Position numbers and translations under genes: made by a program | Part shown: positions 1 to 9,382 of the stretch, piece by piece | Numbering within the stretch: position 1 is the stretch's first letter | Layout of the letters: every line of letters starts with the position of its first letter | Assembly: GCA_017619675.1 (NCBI GenBank) | Contig: JAFZRX010000006.1 | Span: forward strand, 2,616-66,615 | Direction: 5' to 3' | Length of the DNA: 64,000 nucleotides | Origin: Bacteroidales bacterium | GTDB taxonomy: Bacteria; Bacteroidota; Bacteroidia; Bacteroidales; UBA932 | The notes under the pieces: generated by a model | Databases searched by the model: none | What the model was told of the DNA's origin: nothing | The model's input: only the letters and a program-made list of their open reading frames with translations

Positions 1-470
1 TCCAGGGCCAGGAAATATGGCACTACGGAGCCGGCTGGTTCGGAGTGATAATTGATGTTCAGCTTGCAGGCAAGGTCGAATCCGGCGTTCCTGTAGAAGT
101 CAATATTGCCCTCCATGCACAGGAATCCGACGCCCATTTCCCGGGCCTTATTCAGCGCATAGTTCAGCATTTGAAGCCCGTATCCCTTTCGCTTGTAGTC
201 CGGATGGATGCAAATTGGGCCGAAGGTCCAGGAAGGCTTGCGGGTGCCGTCCGGCAGCACCAACTGGGCCTTTGAAAACATCACGTGGCCAATGATGCTG
301 CCGTTTTCCTCCATCACCAAATCAAGTTCCGGGATGAAGTCCGGGTTGCTTCTATACTGATTCAGCACAAAATGCTCCGTGCAGCCGGGACGGTATACGT
401 TCCAGAATGCCTCTCGCGTGAGGTTTTCCACCTCACAGTAATCGGCAGGAGTTTCAAGTCGTATGATCAT
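1..470 (-). CDS. GNAT family N-acetyltransferase, partial (C-terminus lies beyond window start)
   Basis: ATG at 470-468 on the minus strand, and the frame stays open to position 1. It is absent from the ORF track because it has no stop. My translation is MIIRLETPADYCEVENLTREAFWNVYRPG...ICIHPDYKRKGYGLQMLNYAL...FYRNAGF, with a GNAT-like acetyl-CoA loop (KRKGYG). The plus-strand track ORFs 45-275 and 285-476 are its antisense shadows. Confidence 0.6.
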   Translation of the reverse strand, partial: MIIRLETPADYCEVENLTREAFWNVYRPGCTEHFVLNQYRSNPDFIPELDLVMEENGSIIGHVMFSKAQLVLPDGTRKPSWTFGPICIHPDYKRKGYGLQMLNYALNKAREMGVGFLCMEGNIDFYRNAGFDLACKLNINYHSEPAGSVVPYFLAL

Positions 471-504
471 TTATAGTTTAAGCTTAATTATCCTTTTAGA
501 TAGA

Positions 505-1878
505 TTATATCTTAGAGGCAAGGTCGCGGATACGCTCCATGTGCTGGGGGATGCTTATGTGCTGCGGGCACTTTGGCAGGCAGGCGTTGCATCCTACGCA
601 GGCATCGGCACGGACAGCCTTATCCTGATCTGTGTACAGTTTCAGGAAGGCTTTCCTCTTGTCTATGACATCCTTGCGGGAGGTATCGGATGTGAGGAGA
701 GCGTCGCTGGCGCTGTTGAAGATCTTGAAGTTGCCGGGGATGTTGACTCCGGCCGGGCAAGGCATACAGTAAGCGCAGGCCGTGCACGGAATCTGGCCTT
801 TTGACTTATAGAGGTCTGCGACATTGTTCATGAATGCCATGTCGCTGTCATCGAAAGGCTTGAAGTCTGTGAATATGGACACGTTCTCCTTGAGCTGCTC
901 CATATTGGACATGCCGCTCAATGTGACCATGACGCCCGGGAGAGATCCCACGAAGGTCAGGGCGTTTGCGGCCGGCGTGAGGTCAGGATGGCGTTCGCGA
1001 AGTACGCTTGCCACGCCGTCGCTTACATTGGCCAGGGCGCCTCCCTTCACAGGCTCCATTACCAGCACGGGGATGCCTTTTCCTACAAGATAGTTATAGA
1101 GGAATTCAGAACTGGTAGTGCCCGAATTACCGCCCCAGCCTGCGGACATGTCCTTCCAGTCTGCATAGTTGAGCTGGATCTGGACGAAATCCCAGTCATA
1201 TTGGTCAACAATTGCCGGCAGGTCATCATTGGAGCCGTGGAAGGAGAATCCAAGATGCTTGATCCTGCCCTTTGCCTTCTGCTCCAGGAGCCAGTCAAAG
1301 AGGCCATTGCTGCGGAAACGGGTGTTGAAACCGGACAGATTCTGCAGGTTGTGGCAAAGCAGGAAGTCTACATAATCTACCTGGAGGTTCTTAAGGGATG
1401 TCTCGAACATCTGCTTACCGGCATCCAGGGTAGGCCTGCCGTTCATATTTGAAATCTTGGTGGCAATCTTGAATGATGAGCGCGGATGACGGCTCAGCGC
1501 CTTGCCGGTAACGACCTCCGACTCACCATAGGCGGGAGCGGTGTCAAAATAGTTGATACCGTGTGCGATGGCGTAGTCTACCATTGCGTTGACTGCTTCT
1601 TGGTCCAGCGGCTGGTTTCGGCCGAAGCCGCCGCCACCGCCGGAGCGTGTAGGCAGACGCATGCATCCCAGGCCGAGCATTCCCAGGGTCTCCCCCATCT
1701 TGCTCCAGGTCCGGGAATCAATCTTGCTGCCTTCCGGTGCCTCTTTCCAAGGCGCGGGAAGTGTGCTGGCTTTTGCAGGTGTAACCTGCGACTTGAGCAG
1801 CATACCGCCGGCAGCGATACCCATACCGGCAAATACGAGGCTCTTCAAGGCCTCTCGGCGTGTCATCTTATCATCCAT
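505..1878 (-). CDS. Aldo/keto reductase with twin-arginine signal and C-terminal Fe-S (ferredoxin-like) Cys clusters
   Basis: 457-aa ORF with an ATG start. N-terminus (MDDK)MTRREALKSLVFAGMGIAAGG resembles a Tat signal. AKR-like core (GINYFDTAPAYG, HLGFSFHG). Two Cys clusters near the C-terminus (CTACAYCMPCP and CVGCNACLPKCP). Confidence 0.75.
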   Translation of the reverse strand: MDDKMTRREALKSLVFAGMGIAAGGMLLKSQVTPAKASTLPAPWKEAPEGSKIDSRTWSKMGETLGMLGLGCMRLPTRSGGGGGFGRNQPLDQEAVNAMVDYAIAHGINYFDTAPAYGESEVVTGKALSRHPRSSFKIATKISNMNGRPTLDAGKQMFETSLKNLQVDYVDFLLCHNLQNLSGFNTRFRSNGLFDWLLEQKAKGRIKHLGFSFHGSNDDLPAIVDQYDWDFVQIQLNYADWKDMSAGWGGNSGTTSSEFLYNYLVGKGIPVLVMEPVKGGALANVSDGVASVLRERHPDLTPAANALTFVGSLPGVMVTLSGMSNMEQLKENVSIFTDFKPFDDSDMAFMNNVADLYKSKGQIPCTACAYCMPCPAGVNIPGNFKIFNSASDALLTSDTSRKDVIDKRKAFLKLYTDQDKAVRADACVGCNACLPKCPQHISIPQHMERIRDLASKI

Positions 1879-1931
1879 ATTTGGTATTCTTAAAAGTCTA
1901 ACTATTACAAATATACATAAAATATTGATAT

Positions 1932-2138
1932 TTATTTCTCTAAGAGCGTAATATATCCTAAGAGGGCGCCCCAGTGATAAAACTTGTCACTGTTGCCCAC
2001 ATCATCGCCCTGGCCCGTAACAGAGTTCCAATTCTCATAAATATAGCCTCTCGCAAGCCAATCTTTCAGGAGGAGTTTCTTGGATTTGAGGGCTTCCGCC
2101 TCACTGATGGTAATATCCCCGCCTATATAGATCAACAC
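1932..2138 (-). pseudogene. Probable C-terminal remnant of an (alpha/alpha)6-barrel glycoside hydrolase (GH63/GH37-like)
   Basis: 68-codon ORF that begins with GTG. The frame is closed by a stop only 12 codons upstream (2175-2177). The sequence ...[30 protein letters not shown]... resembles the extreme C-terminus of GH63/trehalase-type enzymes, with no N-terminal catalytic part present. Confidence 0.3.
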
Positions 2139-2288
2139 TGGCTCGTCCGCAGGGCAGGGCAGAGAAGATGATGGTTATATATCTCCTATAGGCAGTTTTT
2201 CAATTAATTGCGTTGATACGCTTGAATATAGTAATTTATTTCTTAACTTCAACATTTGAAATTGTCACACATCAAATTATCCACATAA

Positions 2289-3479
<1,191 letters not shown>

Positions 3480-3504
3480 AAATAATTCTGTTTGATAAAA
3501 AAAG

Positions 3505-3530
3505 ATGGAGGTTTCGGCCTCCATTTTTTT
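3505..3530 (+). terminator. Rho-independent terminator after the esterase gene
   Basis: 7-bp stem atggagg (3505-3511) / cctccat (3518-3524), 6-nt loop, then a T7 run. It lies 26 nt after the stop at 3479. Confidence 0.6.
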
Positions 3531-3583
3531 ATACCTGAAAGAATCATTAACTTTAAGGTCACAAAACCACATATTTCAAGACT

Positions 3584-4630
3584 ATGAAGAAATTATTGAT
3601 TCTGGGAGCAATCCTCATTACGGCTATGTCCCTGACAGCCAATGCACAGCCGGGACGTCAGCCGCAGATTGTATCCAAGGCCGACATGACCACCGTGGAG
3701 TTCGTAGTCCGGGATTCCAAGCCTATCCTAATGGATATCTATCAGTTCAAGGACCAGAAGACAGAAGGGAAACGTCCAGTGTTCATCTATTCCTTTGGAG
3801 GCGCATGGGCCATGGGATCAAGGGTGGACGCCCTTTGCAATCCCCTTTATGACCATCTGTGCGAGAAAGGATGGGTCTGCGTTTCCATTGACTACCGCCT
3901 TGGCTCCGCCCGCGGCAGGGACGGGAAACCGCTCATCACTCCCCCGGAAGGATACAACGCTTTCCAGTATTCCATCGACATAGGAGTGGAAGACATATAT
4001 GCGGCCACTGTATGGCTCATCAACCATGCCGATGAGTATAACATCGATCCCGAGAAGATTGTGATCAGCGGCAGCAGCGCAGGCGCCATCAACAGCATGA
4101 ACGCGGAGTATTATATCTGCTCAGGCCACAAGATAGCAAAGGACAACCTTCCTGCGGGATTCAACTATGCGGGTGTTGTTCCCATGGCCGGCGCGGTATA
4201 CCTGACCGGTGAGAATGACACTGAACTGAAGTGGGATAAAAAGCCTTGCCCCATGTGCTTCTTCCACGGATCTGCTGACCCTACGGTGACATTTGATATG
4301 GAGCGTGGCGCCAGCCGTCACGGCTTCGGACCCAACTATGTCACCAAGCAGCTCTATGCCATGGACGTCCCCTATATGCTCTACGAATATACGGGCGGCG
4401 ACCATGTGATGGCCCTTCTGCCTCTCAAATGGTTCTGGAATGAGATTGACTCCTTCCTTGACAGGATTGTGGTAGGCGGTCAGAACATAAAGGTGCATGC
4501 AGTGGAAACTTCCCCGACACCCCGTACTGACGCAAACTTCCTGGACACGGTCCGTCCAGGACAGTATGAAGCCGTGAACCGTATGAACAGACAGGGCGGT
4601 GCTCCTCAGGGCGCCCCTCAAAGACAATAA
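3584..4630 (+). CDS. Secreted alpha/beta hydrolase (carboxylesterase/lipase-type)
   Basis: 348 aa with signal peptide MKKLLILGAILITAMSLTANAQ. Oxyanion-region FIYSFGGAWAMGS and GxSxG elbow ISGSSAGAIN. Confidence 0.7.
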   Translation: MKKLLILGAILITAMSLTANAQPGRQPQIVSKADMTTVEFVVRDSKPILMDIYQFKDQKTEGKRPVFIYSFGGAWAMGSRVDALCNPLYDHLCEKGWVCVSIDYRLGSARGRDGKPLITPPEGYNAFQYSIDIGVEDIYAATVWLINHADEYNIDPEKIVISGSSAGAINSMNAEYYICSGHKIAKDNLPAGFNYAGVVPMAGAVYLTGENDTELKWDKKPCPMCFFHGSADPTVTFDMERGASRHGFGPNYVTKQLYAMDVPYMLYEYTGGDHVMALLPLKWFWNEIDSFLDRIVVGGQNIKVHAVETSPTPRTDANFLDTVRPGQYEAVNRMNRQGGAPQGAPQRQ

Positions 4631-4641
4631 ATCCAAGCGTC

Positions 4642-6942
4642 ATGAAGACAAGATTATTTTTGTTGTTACTGGCTATTCCCCTGTTATTTGTATCATGCAA
4701 AGAAGAGGAGAAAGCCCCGGTGGCAGGCGCACCGGACATTCCCGTAGCTCCCTATGCGGCTTTCGCGGAAGGCCTTATCAACGACATTACTCCCGAAGGC
4801 TGGGTCAGGGAAATCCTCCAGCGTCAGAAGGACGGCCTTACCGGCCATCCGGAGGCAATGTCATACCCGTTTGACGGTTGCAACTGGGCTGGCGACCTGC
4901 CTATCAGCCAGAATCCTCACTACTGGGGTTCGGACTGGTGGCGCTTCGAACAGACCGCATATTATGTAGACGGATTCAGCCGCCTTGGCTATGTCCTTGA
5001 CGATGAGGAACTCATGGAAAAGGGCAAGGCCAATGTGGACTACGTCCTTGACCACCCGCTTCCTCCCAAGCCGGGATATGAGCTCGACGAATCTTCTTTC
5101 AGGGGATTTGGCTTCGGCAATATGCAGGCTATGCTTGAAAAACGGAAGATCATCGCCGCCGCGGGGCGTCCTGAAGGCCGCCTTGGCCGCGAAGGAGACT
5201 CCATGGGCTGGCCTTTCGCCGTATTCTTCAGGACAATGAAGACCTACTATGAAGCCACTGGAGACCCTAGGGTACCCGTTGCATTGGAGAAGAACTACCT
5301 CACCTACACGCCTGAGGAATTGAGCGACGGACGGTATATCATCAATATCGAAGGCATCCTCTGGACCTATGCCCTGACCAAGAATCCCAAGCTCCTGGAA
5401 CTTGCTGAAGCTGTATGGGCATTGGTGCCAAGCAATATGGACCAGTACCTGAGCGACCGGCCAATGTCCGGCCACGGTGTAACAGTCTGTGAAACCCTCA
5501 AGCTTCCCATGCTCCTTTACGCATTCACAGGCAAGGAAATCTACAAGGAAGCAGCCTTGAAGGGTGACCAGAAGATGGAAGACAAGAACATGCTCATTGA
5601 CGGCATAGTTTCCAGTTCAGAAGGACTTGCCGGCGTGGACGCATTGGCAACACACGAGACCTGCGTGATATCAGACTACACCTGGACAATCGGTTATTTC
5701 CTGATGGTCACCGGAGACGCCACCTTCGCAGACCGTCTGGAAAAGGCTATCTTCAATGCGGGCTTCGGAGCCGTCACAAAGGACTTCAAGGCAATGCAGT
5801 ATTTCTCCTGCCCCAACCAGGTACTTTGCACGGGTTCTTCCAATCACAACGATTACAAGAAGGCCAAGACCTGGATGGCATACAGGTCCGCCCACGAGGT
5901 TGAGTGCTGCATAGGCAACCTTCACAGATACTTCCCCAACTACGCCTCCAGGATGTGGATGAAGGACAAGAACGGCCAGCCCGTGGCTGCCCTCTACGGC
6001 CCTTCATCCGTAGTCTATGACCTTGGGGACGGTGTAACCGTCAAGATCCAGGAGATCACCAACTATCCTTTTGAAGAGGACATACAGTTCAAGTTCACCT
6101 TCTACAAGGACGGCAAGGAGACCAAGGAGCCTCAGCAGATGGACTTTACCTACAGGATTCCCGGATGGTGCAAGGCCTCTGACAAGCAGGGCTTCCAGAC
6201 CGTGAGCAAGACATGGAAGAGCGGTGAGAAGTTCAAGGTGAACTTCCCCATGGAGATTGAGTTCGTGAAGAACGCAGTCCAGGGAGAAAGCGTGGTATTT
6301 GGTCCTTTGACCTTCACGTACGCCATTCCGGCCAACTGGGAAGTAGACACAAAGGTGTATGACTATCTGGCCGGAAAGGAATCAAGCAACCCGGATTTCG
6401 TAAACTGGAGCATCACTCCTAAAGCGAAATGGAACTACGCCATCCGCAACGCGGATCTGGGCAAGGCAAAACTCATCCGTACTCACGCAAAGGGCTTCCC
6501 GTTTGACCTTGACAACGTTCCGCTCAAGATAAAGATTCCCGTTACAGGAGTCAAGGACTGGAACTATGATGTAATCCCTAGCAAACCTTATGAAGGACAG
6601 CGCTTTACGCAGTGGACAAACGAGCCTTTGTATGACAGGAACGGCAAGCCGGCGGAAGACGGCGGCTACGTCAAGTTCAACGGCGAACTCCTCCAGTTGA
6701 GCAGAGCCGGCGCCATGAAGTATTACGTGAATCCGGAAGGCAACTTTGGAAGGGTGCGTGACGCCTACAACGAACTGTTCCAGAAGGACGGCAAATGGTA
6801 TTGCAGCTGGGAGATGGACGATGCCTATCTCACTCCCCAACTCCCAAAGACAGTTGTCCCTGAGGAAGGCACGGATACCTTCATAGAACTGGTTCCTTAC
6901 GGCGCCTCCACCATCAGGCTCACCGTCTTCCCGGAGCTCTGA
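4642..6942 (+). CDS. GH127/GH146-type beta-L-arabinofuranosidase-like lipoprotein (DUF1680 family)
   Basis: 766 aa with lipobox-like N-terminus MKTRLFLLLLAIPLLFVSC. HETCVISDY and HEVECCIGNLHRY match the Glu-x-Cys ... Cys-Cys zinc/catalytic arrangement known from HypBA1-type GH127 enzymes. Confidence 0.7.
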   Translation: MKTRLFLLLLAIPLLFVSCKEEEKAPVAGAPDIPVAPYAAFAEGLINDITPEGWVREILQRQKDGLTGHPEAMSYPFDGCNWAGDLPISQNPHYWGSDWWRFEQTAYYVDGFSRLGYVLDDEELMEKGKANVDYVLDHPLPPKPGYELDESSFRGFGFGNMQAMLEKRKIIAAAGRPEGRLGREGDSMGWPFAVFFRTMKTYYEATGDPRVPVALEKNYLTYTPEELSDGRYIINIEGILWTYALTKNPKLLELAEAVWALVPSNMDQYLSDRPMSGHGVTVCETLKLPMLLYAFTGKEIYKEAALKGDQKMEDKNMLIDGIVSSSEGLAGVDALATHETCVISDYTWTIGYFLMVTGDATFADRLEKAIFNAGFGAVTKDFKAMQYFSCPNQVLCTGSSNHNDYKKAKTWMAYRSAHEVECCIGNLHRYFPNYASRMWMKDKNGQPVAALYGPSSVVYDLGDGVTVKIQEITNYPFEEDIQFKFTFYKDGKETKEPQQMDFTYRIPGWCKASDKQGFQTVSKTWKSGEKFKVNFPMEIEFVKNAVQGESVVFGPLTFTYAIPANWEVDTKVYDYLAGKESSNPDFVNWSITPKAKWNYAIRNADLGKAKLIRTHAKGFPFDLDNVPLKIKIPVTGVKDWNYDVIPSKPYEGQRFTQWTNEPLYDRNGKPAEDGGYVKFNGELLQLSRAGAMKYYVNPEGNFGRVRDAYNELFQKDGKWYCSWEMDDAYLTPQLPKTVVPEEGTDTFIELVPYGASTIRLTVFPEL

Positions 6943-6946
6943 ACCG

Positions 6947-6980
6947 GTTATCTCCAGGATGTTGATATCTTGGGGATAAC
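6947..6980 (+). terminator. Long hairpin immediately after the GH127-like gene (possible terminator/stabiliser)
   Basis: 14-bp stem gttatctccaggat (6947-6960) / atcttggggataac (6967-6980) with two G-U pairs and a 6-nt loop. There is no T-run, so a terminator function is uncertain. Confidence 0.3.
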
Positions 6981-7027
6981 TATTCATTGCCTACGGCAAT
7001 AGCCCTCAAGTAAATATCTACCTTTAT

Positions 7028-7056
7028 ATCCCGGTTAATTCTAATCGGGATTTTTT
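7028..7056 (+). terminator. Weak rho-independent terminator candidate
   Basis: 6-bp stem atcccg (7028-7033) / cgggat (7046-7051), 12-nt loop, followed by T6. It ends 2 nt before the ATG at 7058. Confidence 0.35.
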
Positions 7057-7057
7057 A

Positions 7058-8140
7058 ATGTATACAGTTTTAGACGGCACTAGCCTCAGACCTATCCTCA
7101 TACCAGGCAAGACAAGCCTGTATCAACTTCACATTCCACATCTTCACAACCATTACTATCTGCTCAGCGGAAAGGGCAGCCGCGCGCTAGAAGCGTTCCC
7201 GGAAATAGTGGGTTTCCCCTGCTATTCCGCCCTTCTTGAAGAGATGGTGGATACGTTCACCTATCTCCGCTCCCGCGGACTGGGCCAGGACATAGACCTT
7301 TTCACAATACTTCGCGGCGGACTCAACTATCCGCTTGAGGAAGCCGCCTCCCGTTGCGGCATGCGCGTCAGGGAAATCAACTTCGTTTCCTGCGAACGCG
7401 TCATCGAGAACCACGAAATCAAAGGCCTTGAGATCAAGTACGACAAGATCCGCCCCTCACGCAACTGCGTCCTTGCAATAGGCGATATCCTTGCTACCGG
7501 CGACACCTTCCGCTACTGCTTCAGCCATATGCTTCAGCAGTTCCAGGAGGCTGGAGGCAGCATCCGCCGCATCATCTTCTTCACCATCGGCGGCACCAGG
7601 GCCTTCGGCCTTATAGAATCCATGGCCGAACAGCTGGGCGAACTCTTCCCCGGATTCCAAGGCATAGACTGCTTCTTCTTTGAAGGCGCGTTCACCGTGT
7701 ATGAAGACAAGGGTGTGAGCGGCATCAACGTGCCGAACATAGACTTTGGCTGGAAGGGCGGCATAGTGACGCCGGAGTTCCGCCGCTACATCATGGAGAA
7801 TCCCGACGCCCTCCTGGAGAAGTGCATCATTTACGACGGCGGAGCCCGCCGATACGAAATACCCATCCACTGTGACGAAGTGCTCGAGTACTGGGAAGGA
7901 ATCCGCGACCGTGCGGACATCATAAACGTGTGCTCCCTGATTGAAGAGAAACTTGGATACAAGGGTCCGGTGGACTTCGAGAGGTGGCTGGACATCACAC
8001 ACCTGCGAGGACTGACAGGGCTTGAAAAGCTCTGGGCGGACGAGCAGGCGCTGCTTGACCGCCGCGTGGACCTCCGCTCGCTCGCGGAAAAGCGCATCGC
8101 ATCGATCAACAATTTAAAGCAAGCATATGAAAAAGACTGA
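7058..8140 (+). CDS. Phosphoribosyltransferase-fold protein (uracil-PRTase-like, atypically long)
   Basis: 360 aa. CVLAIGDILATGDTFRY resembles the PRPP-binding loop of type I PRTases. The 3' end overlaps the downstream cytosine permease gene by 14 nt. Confidence 0.45.
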   Translation: MYTVLDGTSLRPILIPGKTSLYQLHIPHLHNHYYLLSGKGSRALEAFPEIVGFPCYSALLEEMVDTFTYLRSRGLGQDIDLFTILRGGLNYPLEEAASRCGMRVREINFVSCERVIENHEIKGLEIKYDKIRPSRNCVLAIGDILATGDTFRYCFSHMLQQFQEAGGSIRRIIFFTIGGTRAFGLIESMAEQLGELFPGFQGIDCFFFEGAFTVYEDKGVSGINVPNIDFGWKGGIVTPEFRRYIMENPDALLEKCIIYDGGARRYEIPIHCDEVLEYWEGIRDRADIINVCSLIEEKLGYKGPVDFERWLDITHLRGLTGLEKLWADEQALLDRRVDLRSLAEKRIASINNLKQAYEKD

Positions 8141-9371
8141 CGTTGACTACACTGACCGCGCGGTGGACCGCGCAGGCAGGAAATCCAATCTAAGCATGTT
8201 CATGGTGATGCTGGGCTTCACCTTCTTCTCCGCCAGCATGTGGGTGGGACAGCAGCTCGCCGCAGGCCTCAACTGGTGGGGCTTCGTATGGGCGCTCCTC
8301 CTTGGCGGCCTTATCCTTGCTGCATACACCGGCTCGCTGGGATTTATCGGCGCTGAAAGCGGCCTTTCCCTGGACATGCTCGCCCGCCGCAGTTTTGGCA
8401 CCAAGGGCAGCTATCTGCCCAGCGCCATGATCAGTTTCACGCAGATCGGCTGGTTTGGCGTGGGTCTGGCAATGTTCGCAATACCTGTGGCAAAGGAACT
8501 GATGGGCCTTGAAGTTACGCCTGACCAGATGCCTTGGCAGGGCTACTTGCTTGTAGCAATCGCAGGCGTGCTGATGACAGCCAGCGCCTACTTTGGAATC
8601 AAGAGTCTGACTATTATCAGTTACATCGCCGTTCCGGCAGTGGCCATCCTGGGTACGCTTGCAATGATCCTGGCTGTGCGCAGGGGTGACGTTGGTCTCG
8701 TGGAGCAGTTCGCAAAGGGCACCAAGGACCTTGGTGTTATCGCAGGAGCGGGTCTGGTAGTTGGTAGTTTCGTTTCGGGAGGAACGGCCACGCCAAACTT
8801 CACGCGTTTTGCAAAAAGCGCAAAGGTTGGCCTGTGGACCACGGTGATAGCATTCTTCCTGGGCAACTCCCTCATGTTCCTCTTTGGAGCCGTTTCAAGC
8901 ATCTATGCGGGTGGAAACGACATCTTTGAGGTGATGCTCAACCTCAATCTCTTCTATCTTGCCGTACTGGTTCTGGGCCTCAATATCTGGACTACAAACG
9001 ACAACGCCCTCTACACCGGAGGGCTCGGCCTGTCCAACATCTTCGGGTTCTCCAAGAAGACCATGGTAATCATTTCCGGTATCATTGGAACGGTTGCCGC
9101 CGTTTGGCTTTACTGGAACTTCTGCGACTGGCTCAACGTTCTCAACTGCACCCTGCCTCCTGTAGGTATCATCCTGATCCTCCATTACTTCATGAACCGA
9201 AAGGCATACGCCGACGGTACCGTCAAAGAGAAGAAGGTTGACTGGTTTGCAATTGCCGGAGTTGTACTTGGCGCCGTCGTTGCCAACCTGGTGAAGTGGG
9301 GCTTCCCCGCCATCAACGGAATGGCGGTGGCCGCCGTATGCTTCCTCATCGGTCAGAAGATCCAGAAATAA
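8127..9371 (+). CDS. codB: Cytosine/purine permease (NCS1 family, CodB-like)
   Basis: 414 aa and highly hydrophobic, with about 12 predicted TM segments. The N-terminal pattern RKSNLSMFMVMLGFTFFSASMWVGQ and overall length are typical of CodB-type permeases. Confidence 0.7.
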   Translation: MKKTDVDYTDRAVDRAGRKSNLSMFMVMLGFTFFSASMWVGQQLAAGLNWWGFVWALLLGGLILAAYTGSLGFIGAESGLSLDMLARRSFGTKGSYLPSAMISFTQIGWFGVGLAMFAIPVAKELMGLEVTPDQMPWQGYLLVAIAGVLMTASAYFGIKSLTIISYIAVPAVAILGTLAMILAVRRGDVGLVEQFAKGTKDLGVIAGAGLVVGSFVSGGTATPNFTRFAKSAKVGLWTTVIAFFLGNSLMFLFGAVSSIYAGGNDIFEVMLNLNLFYLAVLVLGLNIWTTNDNALYTGGLGLSNIFGFSKKTMVIISGIIGTVAAVWLYWNFCDWLNVLNCTLPPVGIILILHYFMNRKAYADGTVKEKKVDWFAIAGVVLGAVVANLVKWGFPAINGMAVAAVCFLIGQKIQK

Positions 9372-9382
9372 TCCCGGTTTAG

